From the sequence record OR413575.1: a DNA stretch of 64,000 nt; one strand, given 5' to 3'. Under the pieces are notes generated by a model. The model was not told the origin of the DNA. It did not search any database and worked only from the letters and a program-made list of their open reading frames with translations. This document shows, one piece after another, positions 28,457 through 39,177 of the stretch. Within the stretch, counting starts at the first letter, position 1. Every line of letters begins with the position of its first letter. The position numbers were made by a program, and so were the translations under genes.

Positions 28457-29791
28457 ATGAGTATTACTCGTCGCGTCCTTGGCACTCAGCTGGCCACCCC
28501 TTCCTTCGAAGCTATGGAAGTTTCCCTGGAAGAAGAAGTAATTGCAGCGGTTGACTCTTCTGCCGAACTGCAGAACGCAGAAGCTGAATCTGGCGAAATC
28601 GAGCGTCTGCAAGACGTTGCTGATCACACCGCTCAGTCCGTTGACTATATCGAAACCCAGATCAACACCGGCGAAAACGGCGAAGCTGGCGAAGCAACTC
28701 AGAACGAAGTTGCTCTGGCTGAGCAGGTTGCTAACCTGGCAACTGTCGGTACCGGCGAAGATGCTGACACCGTTATGCCTTCTAACGAAAGCTACATCGG
28801 CGCAACCATCTCCTGCGAAGGCCTGAAAGAAACCATCCGTGGTATCATTCGTGCCGTTATCGCCGCGATCAAAAAGCTGTGGGAACGTCTGAAGAAATTC
28901 TGGCGCTCAACCATGTCTCGTCTGTCCAGCCTGAAAAAGTCTGCCCAGGAACTGAAAACGCGCGCTGCTGGTATCACCGGTGCTGCGAAAGAGAAGAAAA
29001 TCAAAATGTCTTCTTCCGTTTCCAACCTGCTGGCTAAAGACGGTTCTGTACAGAAAGACTATGGTGCAATCTCCGGCGGTCTGAAAGACTTCACGTCTAT
29101 CCTGAAAGACTGTTCTTCCTGGGGCGAGAAAATCGCTAAAGCTGGTGAAGACATCGCTGACGGTATCCGTGATCTGGATGCTACCGAAGCTGCTAAAGGC
29201 GAAAACAAATTCGTTTCTGGCTTCGTAAGCAAAGTCAAAGGTCTGCAGTCTGTATTCGGTGGCATGTCCAACAGCAACGACAAGCGTTTCGCTGATAAAG
29301 AAGTTGACGTACAGAAAGGCAAAACCCTGCTGGGCGAACGCGCTCTGTTCAGCCGTACTCGTAAGTACACTGACAGCACCGCGACTAGCCGTAACCTGGC
29401 TTCTTACCGCGTATGGCTGGACGCTGCGTCCGATAAAGTCAAAGACCACAACGAAACTGAATTCAGCACCCTGTCCAGCTCTAACGTTGGCGACCTGGCT
29501 GAAACCGTTATTGATCTGGTCGACGCAATGGCTTACTACGGCGAAGGCAAAGGCCTGAGCAACGTAGAGAAGTCTGCTGGTAAAGTTGAAACTGCACTGG
29601 ACAAACTGGGCCGTGCTAACGATCTGGACGAAGCGAAATCCGAAGATGCTGCTGCTCTGCGCCGCATGATCTCTCTGGGCCACGCATTCGCAGATTGGGC
29701 GCGTAACCCGACCGCATCTGTGGTTAACCACTGCTGCGCCGTTTGCCGTGCTGCTCTGACTGTAGGTACCCGTAGCCTGGCTCAGCACTAA
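28457..29791 (+). CDS. abundant inner body/ejection protein, paralog of 26965 (444 aa)
   Basis: GGAG RBS; PSFE, VSLE, PSNE, ISCE|GLKET sites; alignable with upstream paralog. Confidence 0.75.
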   Translation: MSITRRVLGTQLATPSFEAMEVSLEEEVIAAVDSSAELQNAEAESGEIERLQDVADHTAQSVDYIETQINTGENGEAGEATQNEVALAEQVANLATVGTGEDADTVMPSNESYIGATISCEGLKETIRGIIRAVIAAIKKLWERLKKFWRSTMSRLSSLKKSAQELKTRAAGITGAAKEKKIKMSSSVSNLLAKDGSVQKDYGAISGGLKDFTSILKDCSSWGEKIAKAGEDIADGIRDLDATEAAKGENKFVSGFVSKVKGLQSVFGGMSNSNDKRFADKEVDVQKGKTLLGERALFSRTRKYTDSTATSRNLASYRVWLDAASDKVKDHNETEFSTLSSSNVGDLAETVIDLVDAMAYYGEGKGLSNVEKSAGKVETALDKLGRANDLDEAKSEDAAALRRMISLGHAFADWARNPTASVVNHCCAVCRAALTVGTRSLAQH

Positions 29792-29834
29792 TAGCTGATA
29801 ACCAGATGGCGGCCTGTTGAAATACAGGGAAGAG

Positions 29835-29862
29835 AAAGAGGCCTTCGGGCCTCTTTTTTTTT
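29835..29862 (+). terminator. intrinsic terminator
   Basis: AAAGAGGCC-TTCG-GGCCTCTTT plus T-run. Confidence 0.85.
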
Positions 29863-29931
29863 GTCTCAGTGAAAAAAGAAGTAAGATCGTTATAGTTTGT
29901 AACAATCCCATTTACGTAAACTGAGGTTATC

Positions 29932-30975
29932 ATGGAAAAGTCAATTGCAGTATCAGTATTCAACCAAGAAGGTGTATTCGCTAACACTATCGTTATCGTA
30001 CCGGGCGCAAGCGTACAGGAAGTGATGCTGGCCCTGACACCGCATCGTGTTACTGAATCGGCCAACCCGAACGCATCGGTTATTTCAGTCCGTCCGATGT
30101 TCGGTATGGAAGTAAACCCTGAAGGTTTCTATACGCTGATCAAACATCAGCTCGAAGCAAACGGTCTGGTTGAACCGGAAGCTAAATTCCAAACCGGTTA
30201 TAACAGCTACATCTGCGATTCAGATGTGACTGAAGAAGAAGGTACTGTCGTCGTTACGGTTACGGTTACCAACAAAGCAACTGGCACAGTAGTCGCTAAC
30301 ATCAATCTTTGCGCCGCTGGCGTACCAGATGATTTGGCAGAAACTGCCAACCTGGTCAGCGTGAATGTAATGGAAGCGGTAGCTGCTGTTACTGCAACCC
30401 TCCCGCAAGCAGCAGAACACGTTCATGAAGTTCTGGCAGAAATGATCGCTAAATCTGGTGGCGTGAAAGAACCTGCTCCGACAGGTACCCGTCCGCAACG
30501 TGTTACCCAAGATGCTCCGGTACTGGAACGTCCTAACGTCAATGCACCGGATATCCTGGCCCAAGAACGTAGCCGCGTCCGCAACGTGGTTGACGAACAA
30601 GTTAAGAAGTTGAAAGAAGGTTCTCAGGTCGCTCAACAACCAGCACCGGCATTACCCGATGCAATGGTACTGACTTACCTGGACATTTCTCCGACCGACC
30701 GTCCGCAGGTTATTCGTGTCGCGATTGAGATGACCGAAACTGATCTGAACCGTTTCTACGATGAAGGCGTGGTAACTACCATCCTCACATCGTTCGGTGA
30801 TGCAACTATCATCCATGGACAGATGCAGATCTCCGCTGCTAAAGGTTATCTGGTAACACTGCGTCAAGCACTGGCTGACCACAACATCCTGCCGAAGTCT
30901 GTAACACCTCGCTCTGTCGCCGCATGGTCTAACGACTCTGTAGCTACAGCAGAAGCGATTGATCTGTTAGCGTAA
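29932..30975 (+). CDS. hypothetical protein (347 aa)
   Basis: GAGG RBS; flanked by terminators. Confidence 0.8.
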   Translation: MEKSIAVSVFNQEGVFANTIVIVPGASVQEVMLALTPHRVTESANPNASVISVRPMFGMEVNPEGFYTLIKHQLEANGLVEPEAKFQTGYNSYICDSDVTEEEGTVVVTVTVTNKATGTVVANINLCAAGVPDDLAETANLVSVNVMEAVAAVTATLPQAAEHVHEVLAEMIAKSGGVKEPAPTGTRPQRVTQDAPVLERPNVNAPDILAQERSRVRNVVDEQVKKLKEGSQVAQQPAPALPDAMVLTYLDISPTDRPQVIRVAIEMTETDLNRFYDEGVVTTILTSFGDATIIHGQMQISAAKGYLVTLRQALADHNILPKSVTPRSVAAWSNDSVATAEAIDLLA

Positions 30976-30982
30976 AGCCTCG

Positions 30983-31017
30983 AAGAGCTCCTCTCCCTTG
31001 CGGAGAGGAGCTCTTTT
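30983..31017 (+). terminator. intrinsic terminator
   Basis: 14-bp stem AAGAGCTCCTCTCC-cttgc-GGAGAGGAGCTCTT. Confidence 0.85.
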
Positions 31018-31056
31018 GTATGACTGATTCGAAACCAACTACTGGAGTAGGAAATT

Positions 31057-32604
31057 ATGCCACAGTTCTCCTACCCAATCCCCGACATTTACCAGATGAT
31101 AACTCGACCAGTTATCGTAGCTGTTATTAAACAGATTATGGAAGGGACGGGTATTCATCAAGACTCATTCATTGAGTATAAAGGTGAACAAGGTCAGGTA
31201 CCGACATGGCGTACCTTTATTGACCGCCGTAATGTCGGCTCCATTGCTGACAGTAAGATGCCGTTCATCGAGAAAGTACAAGTAGAAGTGGATGAAAACC
31301 CTCTGGAGGAATTTATCCTGTCTACTCCTTATCATTATCCTGACAACAAACGTGTTTGGCACGACCCTAATTTGGACATTACACTTAGTCCTTTTTACCA
31401 ACGTGCGGAATACACCATTAACTTTACTTACCGAACTCCTGACAAGGGAAGTGCTGTACAGTGGCGTAACGGAATGCGTCGTCGGTTTAAGTTGAAGTTC
31501 ACTGACATGTCGATGCTAGCTAATTACCAGATAATTATTCCACCATTAATCCTCGTCTTCCTGAAAAAGATGTGGGAGATGCGTGAGAACATTTCTGGAT
31601 ATGGCGATACGTGGTCAGAGTACTTCTTATCTAACCGGTTACAGAAGTTAGTTAAGTTAGTCGACCAGGCAGGTAATAACCCTGAGATTGCCATCGACGA
31701 AACTCAATTGGATATTCTGGGTAACTTCGAATTCACCGATCCTCCTCGTGAAGAACGTCAAGAGGACGGTAGTTGTTATCTGGTAAACTTCTCGTACAAA
31801 TTCCGTTTCGACCACCCGATGGGATTTGTGCTCAAATATCCGCTGGTTATCCACAACCAGTTAGTACCGCCAAATATGCGACCTGACAAACCGCATCGTT
31901 ACGATCCTCATGGGCTATTAGGTAACTCTAGTCAGTCGATGAGTCGTTACGATGTAATTGTCCAGCAAGAGTGTTTGCGTAAGGAAGGTGAAATCGGTGG
32001 TCATTTAGTTCCTTGGTTCGATGACTGGTTCCCTACCATGGGATACCATAATACTTCCCCGCTATTGCAATTACTCTGTCGTGTAGATCCCGATGATCCT
32101 ACTATGCTGATTGATTTAGGTCAGTTATCACAAGCAGGATTAAAGATCTCTGAGACTACCGAGAAGTACATGCGGGATAATTACGACAAACTCCATCTCC
32201 ACGCTGCGTCAGCTATTTACATAGCGGTTTACATCGGCCAGGATAGATTAGATAGTCGTGGTTATTACATCACTAAGGACTTAGCCGTCCGCACTCGTGT
32301 ACCGATGGATATGCGTAATAACTATCACGTAGTTATTTCAGTGATGGATGACTTACTGGTATTAACGCCAGATGCACGTAAAACGCTTCAGCGCAATCCT
32401 GCGGCCTTTAAAGAGATAGTAACTACATTGGAACCTTCTATAGACCCTGATAGCATAGAGACGCTCTCAGACGTTTATATACCAGACCTTGAATATCAAC
32501 GTGTATCTGGACTGGTACAGGATTCTTCCGAGTGGTATAACCGCAAAGTCTTTTTGATCAGACCTACCGTTATGGGTGGGATGATTACTAAACCGGAGTC
32601 TTAA
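31057..32604 (+). CDS. virion structural protein, possibly neck/tail completion (515 aa)
   Basis: GGAG RBS, TATG at 31019; synteny with phiKZ gp98 region. Confidence 0.55.
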   Translation: MPQFSYPIPDIYQMITRPVIVAVIKQIMEGTGIHQDSFIEYKGEQGQVPTWRTFIDRRNVGSIADSKMPFIEKVQVEVDENPLEEFILSTPYHYPDNKRVWHDPNLDITLSPFYQRAEYTINFTYRTPDKGSAVQWRNGMRRRFKLKFTDMSMLANYQIIIPPLILVFLKKMWEMRENISGYGDTWSEYFLSNRLQKLVKLVDQAGNNPEIAIDETQLDILGNFEFTDPPREERQEDGSCYLVNFSYKFRFDHPMGFVLKYPLVIHNQLVPPNMRPDKPHRYDPHGLLGNSSQSMSRYDVIVQQECLRKEGEIGGHLVPWFDDWFPTMGYHNTSPLLQLLCRVDPDDPTMLIDLGQLSQAGLKISETTEKYMRDNYDKLHLHAASAIYIAVYIGQDRLDSRGYYITKDLAVRTRVPMDMRNNYHVVISVMDDLLVLTPDARKTLQRNPAAFKEIVTTLEPSIDPDSIETLSDVYIPDLEYQRVSGLVQDSSEWYNRKVFLIRPTVMGGMITKPES

Positions 32605-32606
32605 TC

Positions 32607-33992
32607 ATGTTGTTCGATGAAGATGAATTACCCAACGCGAAACGCGTAAACAATGTGCCTGAAGTAGAAGACTTCCAATCTGCCCGTGTTCGTACAGATG
32701 AACAACCGGTCGGTACATTGCTCACACACATCGGAGGTATGCGTTGGATACCTCGCTTGTACTTAAGTCAGGTGAAGGGAAAGGACGAAGAACAAAGTTC
32801 TTACCAGGGCAGCTTACGTCCAATTAACCGTCAGTATAAGGTTATCCATAACATCGAGTTGAAGGTACAGCAAGCTGCACCGAATAATCCGTCTATAGAT
32901 AACCAGAACCAGGAAATTACAGCACGTGGAACATGTCGCGCTTACCCTAATACGGTAATTCCTGTACCTGGCGATATGATCATTGCTGAAACCGCCGATG
33001 GCCGACAAGCTATCTATCAGGTGTGCGATAACGTTACTCCAATGTCTCTGTTCAAACGTACGGCGTATGAATTCGAATATGTCATGTACGCATGGTGGAC
33101 AGAGTCTCTTGAAAAAGAGATGTTGAAAGGGTCCGTTGAAAATTATCACTTTGTTCGTGATAATATCGATGCAGGTATTAACCCATTAATCGCAGATGCT
33201 GACTGGGGTGTTTGGAAAGCATTAGAAAAGATCGAAGCGAATTTCCCGATGAAGTTCGTTACTCGCTTTTTAAGTCGCGAATTCAACACGTTCATTATCC
33301 CTGGACAAGCTACAACCATTTACGATCCGTTCCATTCTACTTTCTGCAACCTTTTGTTTAAGCCAAGAGGCGCAGGACTGTTCGGCGGTGCTAATATCAT
33401 GCCGGTAGATGACGGGAGTAACGCTGTACGGTTATCTATCCACAGCGCGGTATTGACATTGAATGATTCAATGGTGGATGAGGTTCTCCAAATCATCCCG
33501 ATTATCACCGCTCGTGCTTTCTTAGCAGAACCATATTTAGGCGGCGTGCGTTTTGGTGGAACCAACTTTGTAGTATGGCCACCAGAGGATACTTCATTAC
33601 TCCATACGGGCAATAGCAACCCTCAGCAGAGTCTTGCATTACAAACTGGAGTTTATAGTCCTCCTAAAGCTCGTAAGAAGGATTCTGAGACGTTTTTAAG
33701 GGATGATGAAGGAAACGTAGTGCCGAACGAGACAAATGAGCCTGTGGTTCGTTTGTTCACTCCTGTAGCAAGTGATAAATTTTATATCTTCCCGGAAGCA
33801 TTCTACGCTCATGACGAAGGACATATGTCGTTGTTAGAAACGATGTTATGGGCAACCCTGGAGAAGAATGTTGTTAATCCAAAAGATCTGCTCTGTATGT
33901 TCAACGAATCGGAAAGTTGGAGCGTATTAGATCAGTTCTATCTACAGCCGTTCCTGTACGCTATGCTACCGGCGGCCTTCCGAGGTGTGTGA
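32607..33992 (+). CDS. virion structural protein, possibly head closure (461 aa)
   Basis: PVPGDMIIAE...AIYQV motif typical of head-completion beta-barrels; operon context. Confidence 0.5.
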   Translation: MLFDEDELPNAKRVNNVPEVEDFQSARVRTDEQPVGTLLTHIGGMRWIPRLYLSQVKGKDEEQSSYQGSLRPINRQYKVIHNIELKVQQAAPNNPSIDNQNQEITARGTCRAYPNTVIPVPGDMIIAETADGRQAIYQVCDNVTPMSLFKRTAYEFEYVMYAWWTESLEKEMLKGSVENYHFVRDNIDAGINPLIADADWGVWKALEKIEANFPMKFVTRFLSREFNTFIIPGQATTIYDPFHSTFCNLLFKPRGAGLFGGANIMPVDDGSNAVRLSIHSAVLTLNDSMVDEVLQIIPIITARAFLAEPYLGGVRFGGTNFVVWPPEDTSLLHTGNSNPQQSLALQTGVYSPPKARKKDSETFLRDDEGNVVPNETNEPVVRLFTPVASDKFYIFPEAFYAHDEGHMSLLETMLWATLEKNVVNPKDLLCMFNESESWSVLDQFYLQPFLYAMLPAAFRGV

Positions 33993-34591
33993 TGGTAGAT
34001 TTAACTAAAGATGCGGATCAGAAACACCGCGCTTGGTGGAAGATTAAAAATAAACGTTTCTTGGTCAAAATTCCGTCGTACTTGATTCCTCGTGATGACG
34101 AGTATGCAGCTTACGGTTCTTTCACTACAGGATCTCGCGAAGCTGATCGAATTATGGCGGGTGCTGAGGAACGAATCTGGTTACCACTAATCGACCTAAT
34201 TAATATCTGGATTAAAGGAGGTGCGTTTACTTTCCTCAATCCGCAAAAAGATATTACAGTTATTCACCAGATCTTACAAGATCATATCTCTGATTTCGAA
34301 GTAGCCGAGCAGAAGTTTAATGCGGGGATTTACAACGAAGATGAAGAGGTAATGAATAACCGTCGTCGAGATATGTTGGAACTAGACGAATTTGCACGTG
34401 AGATTTACAAGAAGGCGTATCATCGCGATATACCCGAAGATTCTCCGTTCAAAGGTCTGCAACGCTTCCTCAGTCCGTTTGAGAAACTTGATCTCGTATT
34501 GGCCCAGAGTAGCCGCACGCCGCCACCGAAGTATGAAGGCGTCGCTAATAAAGTTGATTACTCTGCTCTCCGTAATAGAAGGAAATATTAA
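33992..34591 (+). CDS. conserved hypothetical protein (199 aa)
   Basis: TGATG stop/start overlap at 33990-33994 with GAGG RBS; ORF-track start 33917 rejected. Confidence 0.7.
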   Translation: MVDLTKDADQKHRAWWKIKNKRFLVKIPSYLIPRDDEYAAYGSFTTGSREADRIMAGAEERIWLPLIDLINIWIKGGAFTFLNPQKDITVIHQILQDHISDFEVAEQKFNAGIYNEDEEVMNNRRRDMLELDEFAREIYKKAYHRDIPEDSPFKGLQRFLSPFEKLDLVLAQSSRTPPPKYEGVANKVDYSALRNRRKY

Positions 34592-35946
34592 TGCGTAACG
34601 CCTATCTCGAACGAGTAGCAAATCGTGTACTCGGAAAGAAAGGTACTTCCTACGGAATAGAGGCTAAGTTCTTAACCCCCTCTGGTGTTGCCAGAGGGTA
34701 TTCTGTTGTTGAATTAACAACAGCTAAAGATTTCGTTGGGAAGTTCACTTCTGATATCACCATCCAAGTTATGGTAGCTATGTTGGACTATCGCTATAAG
34801 TTATTTCAACATCGTGATAACCTGAAAGTCATCGTTAGCTTTATGCCGCTGGACGCAGGAGGTAACATTTATTTATCTTCGGTACCAGTGATTGAACGTA
34901 CTTACCGCGCATTGTTGTTAGATAACGATGATTTGTCAAATGCTCCTGGATCGAAATTAACTTCGAAGAAAGAATCAACAGCTAAAGACGAAAACGTGTT
35001 AGTGCGTCTTCAGTTAGTAGAACCTTACTCTGAAGCTATGGCTTATAAGCAGGCACAAGGTACGTTCCGTTACACTGACAACGAAAACATTCTCCGTGGT
35101 TATTTAGGAGAGATGATTCGTCGAGAAAAAGAAGTTAATACGGACATCGCAGATATGCGATTAGAAGTAGTTGAACTTAGCAAGGTTATTGATAATCGTG
35201 ATGCTATCACGATACCTGCTGATGTTAAACTGACTGCTGTACCGAAATTCTTACAAGAACGTGAAGGTGGGCTATACGCTCATGGACTAGGGTCATTCAT
35301 CGATTGGGATACTTGGTGGATATACCCGGTGTTCGATACAGGCCGGTTCGTTGAAACTACTGACCGACTGAAAATCATTCAGTTAGCAGATTACTCTGCC
35401 CCGGTAACGGATAATACTTGGGAATATATAGACGGCGAATTGACTATCGTTTGCACGACTGCGTCTAAGATGCAGGACTTGTCTGTAAGTAATCAGGTTA
35501 ATGACGGTACGGGTACTCGATTCATTAAAGCCAGTGAGATGTTTCAAAACGGGGCGCAAGGAGATCCTAACAAGGAGCATTTGAACACTGAATCGATCAT
35601 GGCCGAGTTCCAGGCAGGTCAGCGGGAAGATGGGAATAACATCGCTCGTTATAGTTCCTCGATGATTACTGATAACATTGCTAACGAGTACTCGAAGATT
35701 GCTTGGCGACAAGGTCAGATCTTCATTACTATCTGGCAACGTAGCATGATCCAAATGATCACACCAGGGATGCCTGTCCGTGTTTACATGGACAAAGACG
35801 GTACATTGTTACAGTACGACGGTATTGTAATCAATGTGCAGGAACAATGGGCTTCTGAAAAAGATGGGATGGTCGATAAGAACATGATCTCCTCCGCAGC
35901 AGTAACTTGCTTTTTAAATAAGGAGCCAAACGGTGGCCGAGTCTAA
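34591..35946 (+). CDS. putative baseplate hub protein (451 aa)
   Basis: TAATG overlap; C-terminal ITPGMPVRV...YDGIV hub-like pattern; synteny with phiKZ gp101. Confidence 0.45.
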   Translation: MRNAYLERVANRVLGKKGTSYGIEAKFLTPSGVARGYSVVELTTAKDFVGKFTSDITIQVMVAMLDYRYKLFQHRDNLKVIVSFMPLDAGGNIYLSSVPVIERTYRALLLDNDDLSNAPGSKLTSKKESTAKDENVLVRLQLVEPYSEAMAYKQAQGTFRYTDNENILRGYLGEMIRREKEVNTDIADMRLEVVELSKVIDNRDAITIPADVKLTAVPKFLQEREGGLYAHGLGSFIDWDTWWIYPVFDTGRFVETTDRLKIIQLADYSAPVTDNTWEYIDGELTIVCTTASKMQDLSVSNQVNDGTGTRFIKASEMFQNGAQGDPNKEHLNTESIMAEFQAGQREDGNNIARYSSSMITDNIANEYSKIAWRQGQIFITIWQRSMIQMITPGMPVRVYMDKDGTLLQYDGIVINVQEQWASEKDGMVDKNMISSAAVTCFLNKEPNGGRV

Positions 35947-36826
35947 CTACCCGTTAGTGGCGACTAACCTGACAACTGTGTTTGAAGCTCTCCGTCAGCA
36001 GGCGGAGAAATACCCAGACCAACCGTTGTTTATCAGGTTTATCGAAACTCCGTCTGTTCACCAACAGACCATCAACAACAAACAGCTAGATACGCAGGCA
36101 TATGCGTTAATGCTGAACGATATTTATCTAGGATACATTCAAGACCCGATGGACTTGTCTAAGATTCCTATTCATGTCGAACCAGGTGCTATGGCTATCG
36201 AGTCTGAGCGCAAGTTCTTAATCGAGATCCAGAAGTACGATACTACCATTCCTAAAGACGGACTGAAGCTCTGTCAGAAGTTTTTCTTTATGGTATATGG
36301 TCGCCAATCGCCAATCATCCAGCAACGTATTTACCATCCGGAATCTGTAGTTATGCATATCTTCAACAATACACCGTTGACAGATATCTGGCATCGCGAT
36401 AAAGGAGATATGATTTCTAAGTCTATGCTCAACTACCCTGTGGTCGCTAATTTCGATACAGCTAAGTTTGTACAGCATATGGCTAAATATAAAGCAGATG
36501 ACGGCGATAATATCATTTACCTGGGTAATGACCGCTGGCAGGTGTCTTATAACGATACAAAGGTTTCTATGGCCGATGGCGGGATATGGGACAGAAACTC
36601 CCGTACGTTTGGTACATGGAGCCCGTTCCCTAAAGACGGCGATTATCTTTACGCTATTAACTTAGCGGGGATTATCGTAGGCTTCTTAGATCGTGACTTA
36701 CAAGGTGCAGACCGTGTTAAGTTTGTATCTGAGAATTGGGAAGCTCGGATTAAGTACATTTGCCTGAGCGCTGCAATGTCTAACTATCAGTACAGTTATG
36801 CATTTGATTACGCCCAGAAACCCTGA
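35933..36826 (+). CDS. hypothetical protein (297 aa)
   Basis: GTG start with AAGGAG RBS. Confidence 0.75.
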   Translation: MAESNYPLVATNLTTVFEALRQQAEKYPDQPLFIRFIETPSVHQQTINNKQLDTQAYALMLNDIYLGYIQDPMDLSKIPIHVEPGAMAIESERKFLIEIQKYDTTIPKDGLKLCQKFFFMVYGRQSPIIQQRIYHPESVVMHIFNNTPLTDIWHRDKGDMISKSMLNYPVVANFDTAKFVQHMAKYKADDGDNIIYLGNDRWQVSYNDTKVSMADGGIWDRNSRTFGTWSPFPKDGDYLYAINLAGIIVGFLDRDLQGADRVKFVSENWEARIKYICLSAAMSNYQYSYAFDYAQKP

Positions 36827-36838
36827 CAGCAAAAAATC

Positions 36839-36897
36839 CCTCTGGAGAGGCACTGCCCTCTCCAGAAGGTAAACGAACCATCGTTTTTTTTTTGTTT
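36839..36897. terminator. hairpin/terminator between convergent genes
   Basis: TCTGGAGAGG-cactgc-CCTCTCCAGA; A-run upstream and T9 downstream. Confidence 0.65.
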
Positions 36898-36899
36898 GA

Positions 36900-38459
36900 T
36901 TATTGAACTGCGTAAGCAGGTTCGGTTGGAGCACTTGTCCAGAAGTCATCGTCAGCCAATACAGGACGGCCGGGTTTATCCATTGCTTTTGACTCTTCGT
37001 CGTTTACATCATCTAAAATACCCAACTCAGTAAGCTGATACCAGCATACTTTATCTGCTTCTGGCGTATCATTAACACCACGGTGTTTACCACGTCCATA
37101 ACCTACGTAAGTAATACCATTAATCTTCAACTTCTGTAAGTTGATTTCCAGGTCGACTTCCTGATGGAGAGAACGACATTCTTTATAGTAACCACGGTTC
37201 AAGATCTCTTCCAAGAACTTGTTCGGACGGTCACGTTCAATCATCTGTGCTTCCGTAGACAACTGGTGAGGAGAAATGAAGAATGTATTACGAACAGTCA
37301 TCATGTTACGCACACGTTTCCACAACAGTTGTTTGTCTTGACCAGCGATAGTCGATTCGATACCGCGAGTAGACATCATTGACAGATAGTCGAAGCAGCA
37401 AACAATGATTTCATGGTTCTTAGCTTCTAAACCGTAGATCATGGTCTGGAAGTCAGTTAAGGTGAACTCGTCTGGGTTAATACGAACCATGAGTACACGC
37501 CAACCACGTTGCCCCATTGTTTCCTTAATGAACTTAGCAGCTTCTACAGGATCAATCGACTTAAGATCTGGTGCAACCTTCTTGTGGACGTTCATGTAGC
37601 ACTGACCATACAATTCACGAATGTTGATTGTCAGGTCGTTCTCTGCTGAGATAATAAGAATAGTAGGGATGGCACCCTCTTTGTGCGGTTTAGGATCGGT
37701 ATACATTGCAATGCCGCGAGTAATCATCATCGCAGTTACAGATTTACCATGGTGACTCAAACCACCTACCACACAACACTCACCACGACGACCGCCCATT
37801 TGTTTACCGGTCATTTTGTTCAGACCTTGTAACGGGAACTTTAAAATCTCGTCAGGTGATATCTCACGCTGAGCAAAGTCGAAGATTTCTTCAAGCTGTT
37901 CATCATTCTCAAAGTCGACAGAGTTAACAACTGCGTTAACACCTTCGTATTCTCCCTCACCTGTATCAGATACAGCGTAAGATTCAGCACGTTCAATAAT
38001 GACACGACTAGCTTCCGCTAGGTTATATTCCTTACCACTATAAACGTATTCTTTTGCAATGCCTTGTAACATTGTCACAAAGCGCATTTTCTTTAACTGG
38101 TCGTTTATCTCACGAACCAGGATTGAGATCTCTGCAGCAATACCTTCTTCATCGAGGTCTTGCGTAATAGACTGGCTAATTAAATCTGATACGTATGTAT
38201 CGTGGTTAGCCATAATTGTAACTTGACGCATTAATGCTTTACGGTCGATCTTTTCGTTAGATTGCGTACAAAGACGAGTGATAAGAGTACGTAAAGATAC
38301 ATACACGTTAGTAGAAGCGTCTGCATCTTTATGACCAATACCCTGTAATTCGGACATGGCCTCTTTAACGGTGTCTATTACAACACTATTTTTTTGTTCC
38401 TGATGCGATCCCCAGAATAGTAGTAAAAGGGAGTTGATGATAACAAGTTCCTGGTTCAT
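36900..38459 (-). CDS. dnaB: replicative DnaB-like (SF4) helicase (phiKZ gp118-like)
   Basis: Walker A GGLSHHGKS, ISAEN, Walker B CCFDYL, SPHQLS, GRGKHRG. Confidence 0.9.
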   Translation of the reverse strand: MNQELVIINSLLLLFWGSHQEQKNSVVIDTVKEAMSELQGIGHKDADASTNVYVSLRTLITRLCTQSNEKIDRKALMRQVTIMANHDTYVSDLISQSITQDLDEEGIAAEISILVREINDQLKKMRFVTMLQGIAKEYVYSGKEYNLAEASRVIIERAESYAVSDTGEGEYEGVNAVVNSVDFENDEQLEEIFDFAQREISPDEILKFPLQGLNKMTGKQMGGRRGECCVVGGLSHHGKSVTAMMITRGIAMYTDPKPHKEGAIPTILIISAENDLTINIRELYGQCYMNVHKKVAPDLKSIDPVEAAKFIKETMGQRGWRVLMVRINPDEFTLTDFQTMIYGLEAKNHEIIVCCFDYLSMMSTRGIESTIAGQDKQLLWKRVRNMMTVRNTFFISPHQLSTEAQMIERDRPNKFLEEILNRGYYKECRSLHQEVDLEINLQKLKINGITYVGYGRGKHRGVNDTPEADKVCWYQLTELGILDDVNDEESKAMDKPGRPVLADDDFWTSAPTEPAYAVQ

Positions 38460-38507
38460 GGTTCGTCTCTACTTAATCTTATGTATTAAAGTGCCTTAGG
38501 AGGCCTT

Positions 38508-39086
38508 ATGAAAGTTGTACCGATTATGACCTTGAAGGTTGCAGTGGTTCCTTCATGGTTATGTGAAGCTGTTACTTGCAGCCGAATTCCCTGGGAAGAT
38601 CTGCACAGCTTCAACAAGCTATATACTTATGCAGAACAAGGTGTGCTCGACAAAGAAGAAGTTTACGCGTACATCATGGCAAACCAACGTCTTGTAAAAA
38701 TGTTCGGAGACGTTTTTAGTGATCTGCAAATGATAAGTAATGCAGATGAAAATTTACAGTTCATCGCGAATCACCAAGCAGGGCTCGATGCCTTTGATCG
38801 AGTAATGCAGGATGAGGAGGTCATGCGTAAACTTGAAGGTTCAAATGATACATCTGAAACTTCAATATTTAAAACGCGGCCGAATCTTCTGGAGAAAGAA
38901 TTTTATTCTCCTAAGGTAGTACAGGCCGAGGTGTTGTATTTGGTCGGTTCATGTGAATCAACTTATAAGAACTCTCGTGCTTTTTATAATGCTGTAATTG
39001 AATCAGTCTCTAACGTACTTCCATTCGAAGTACTGAAAAAGACTAATTTAATGAAGCATTATCTCCGGAACGCTGTAAACGACTAA
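38508..39086 (+). CDS. virion-associated protein upstream of MCP (192 aa)
   Basis: AGGAGG RBS; TATG at 38480; conserved position between helicase and MCP. Confidence 0.65.
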   Translation: MKVVPIMTLKVAVVPSWLCEAVTCSRIPWEDLHSFNKLYTYAEQGVLDKEEVYAYIMANQRLVKMFGDVFSDLQMISNADENLQFIANHQAGLDAFDRVMQDEEVMRKLEGSNDTSETSIFKTRPNLLEKEFYSPKVVQAEVLYLVGSCESTYKNSRAFYNAVIESVSNVLPFEVLKKTNLMKHYLRNAVND

Positions 39087-39107
39087 ACACCGTATACGGC
39101 CTGTTTA

Positions 39108-39111
39108 TATG
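39108..39111 (+). promoter_or_regulatory. putative late promoter (TATG, nvRNAP-type) for MCP
   Basis: TATG in AT-rich context 70 nt before MCP; similar intergenic TATG at 2318, 3058, 31019, 38480, 53242, 55937, 57927, 61572. A 4-mer is weak evidence on its own. Confidence 0.5.
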
Positions 39112-39177
39112 TAATACACTCTCAGTTCCTGTATACTGTGAGACAATACACCCTTAATCGATTAAGGAATTACCCCA

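Noticed and set aside
27189-29911. Long antisense ORFs (222 aa, 334 aa and others) opposite the inner-body genes
   Set aside because: Same codon-bias shadow effect; low-complexity Ser/Arg/Phe translations
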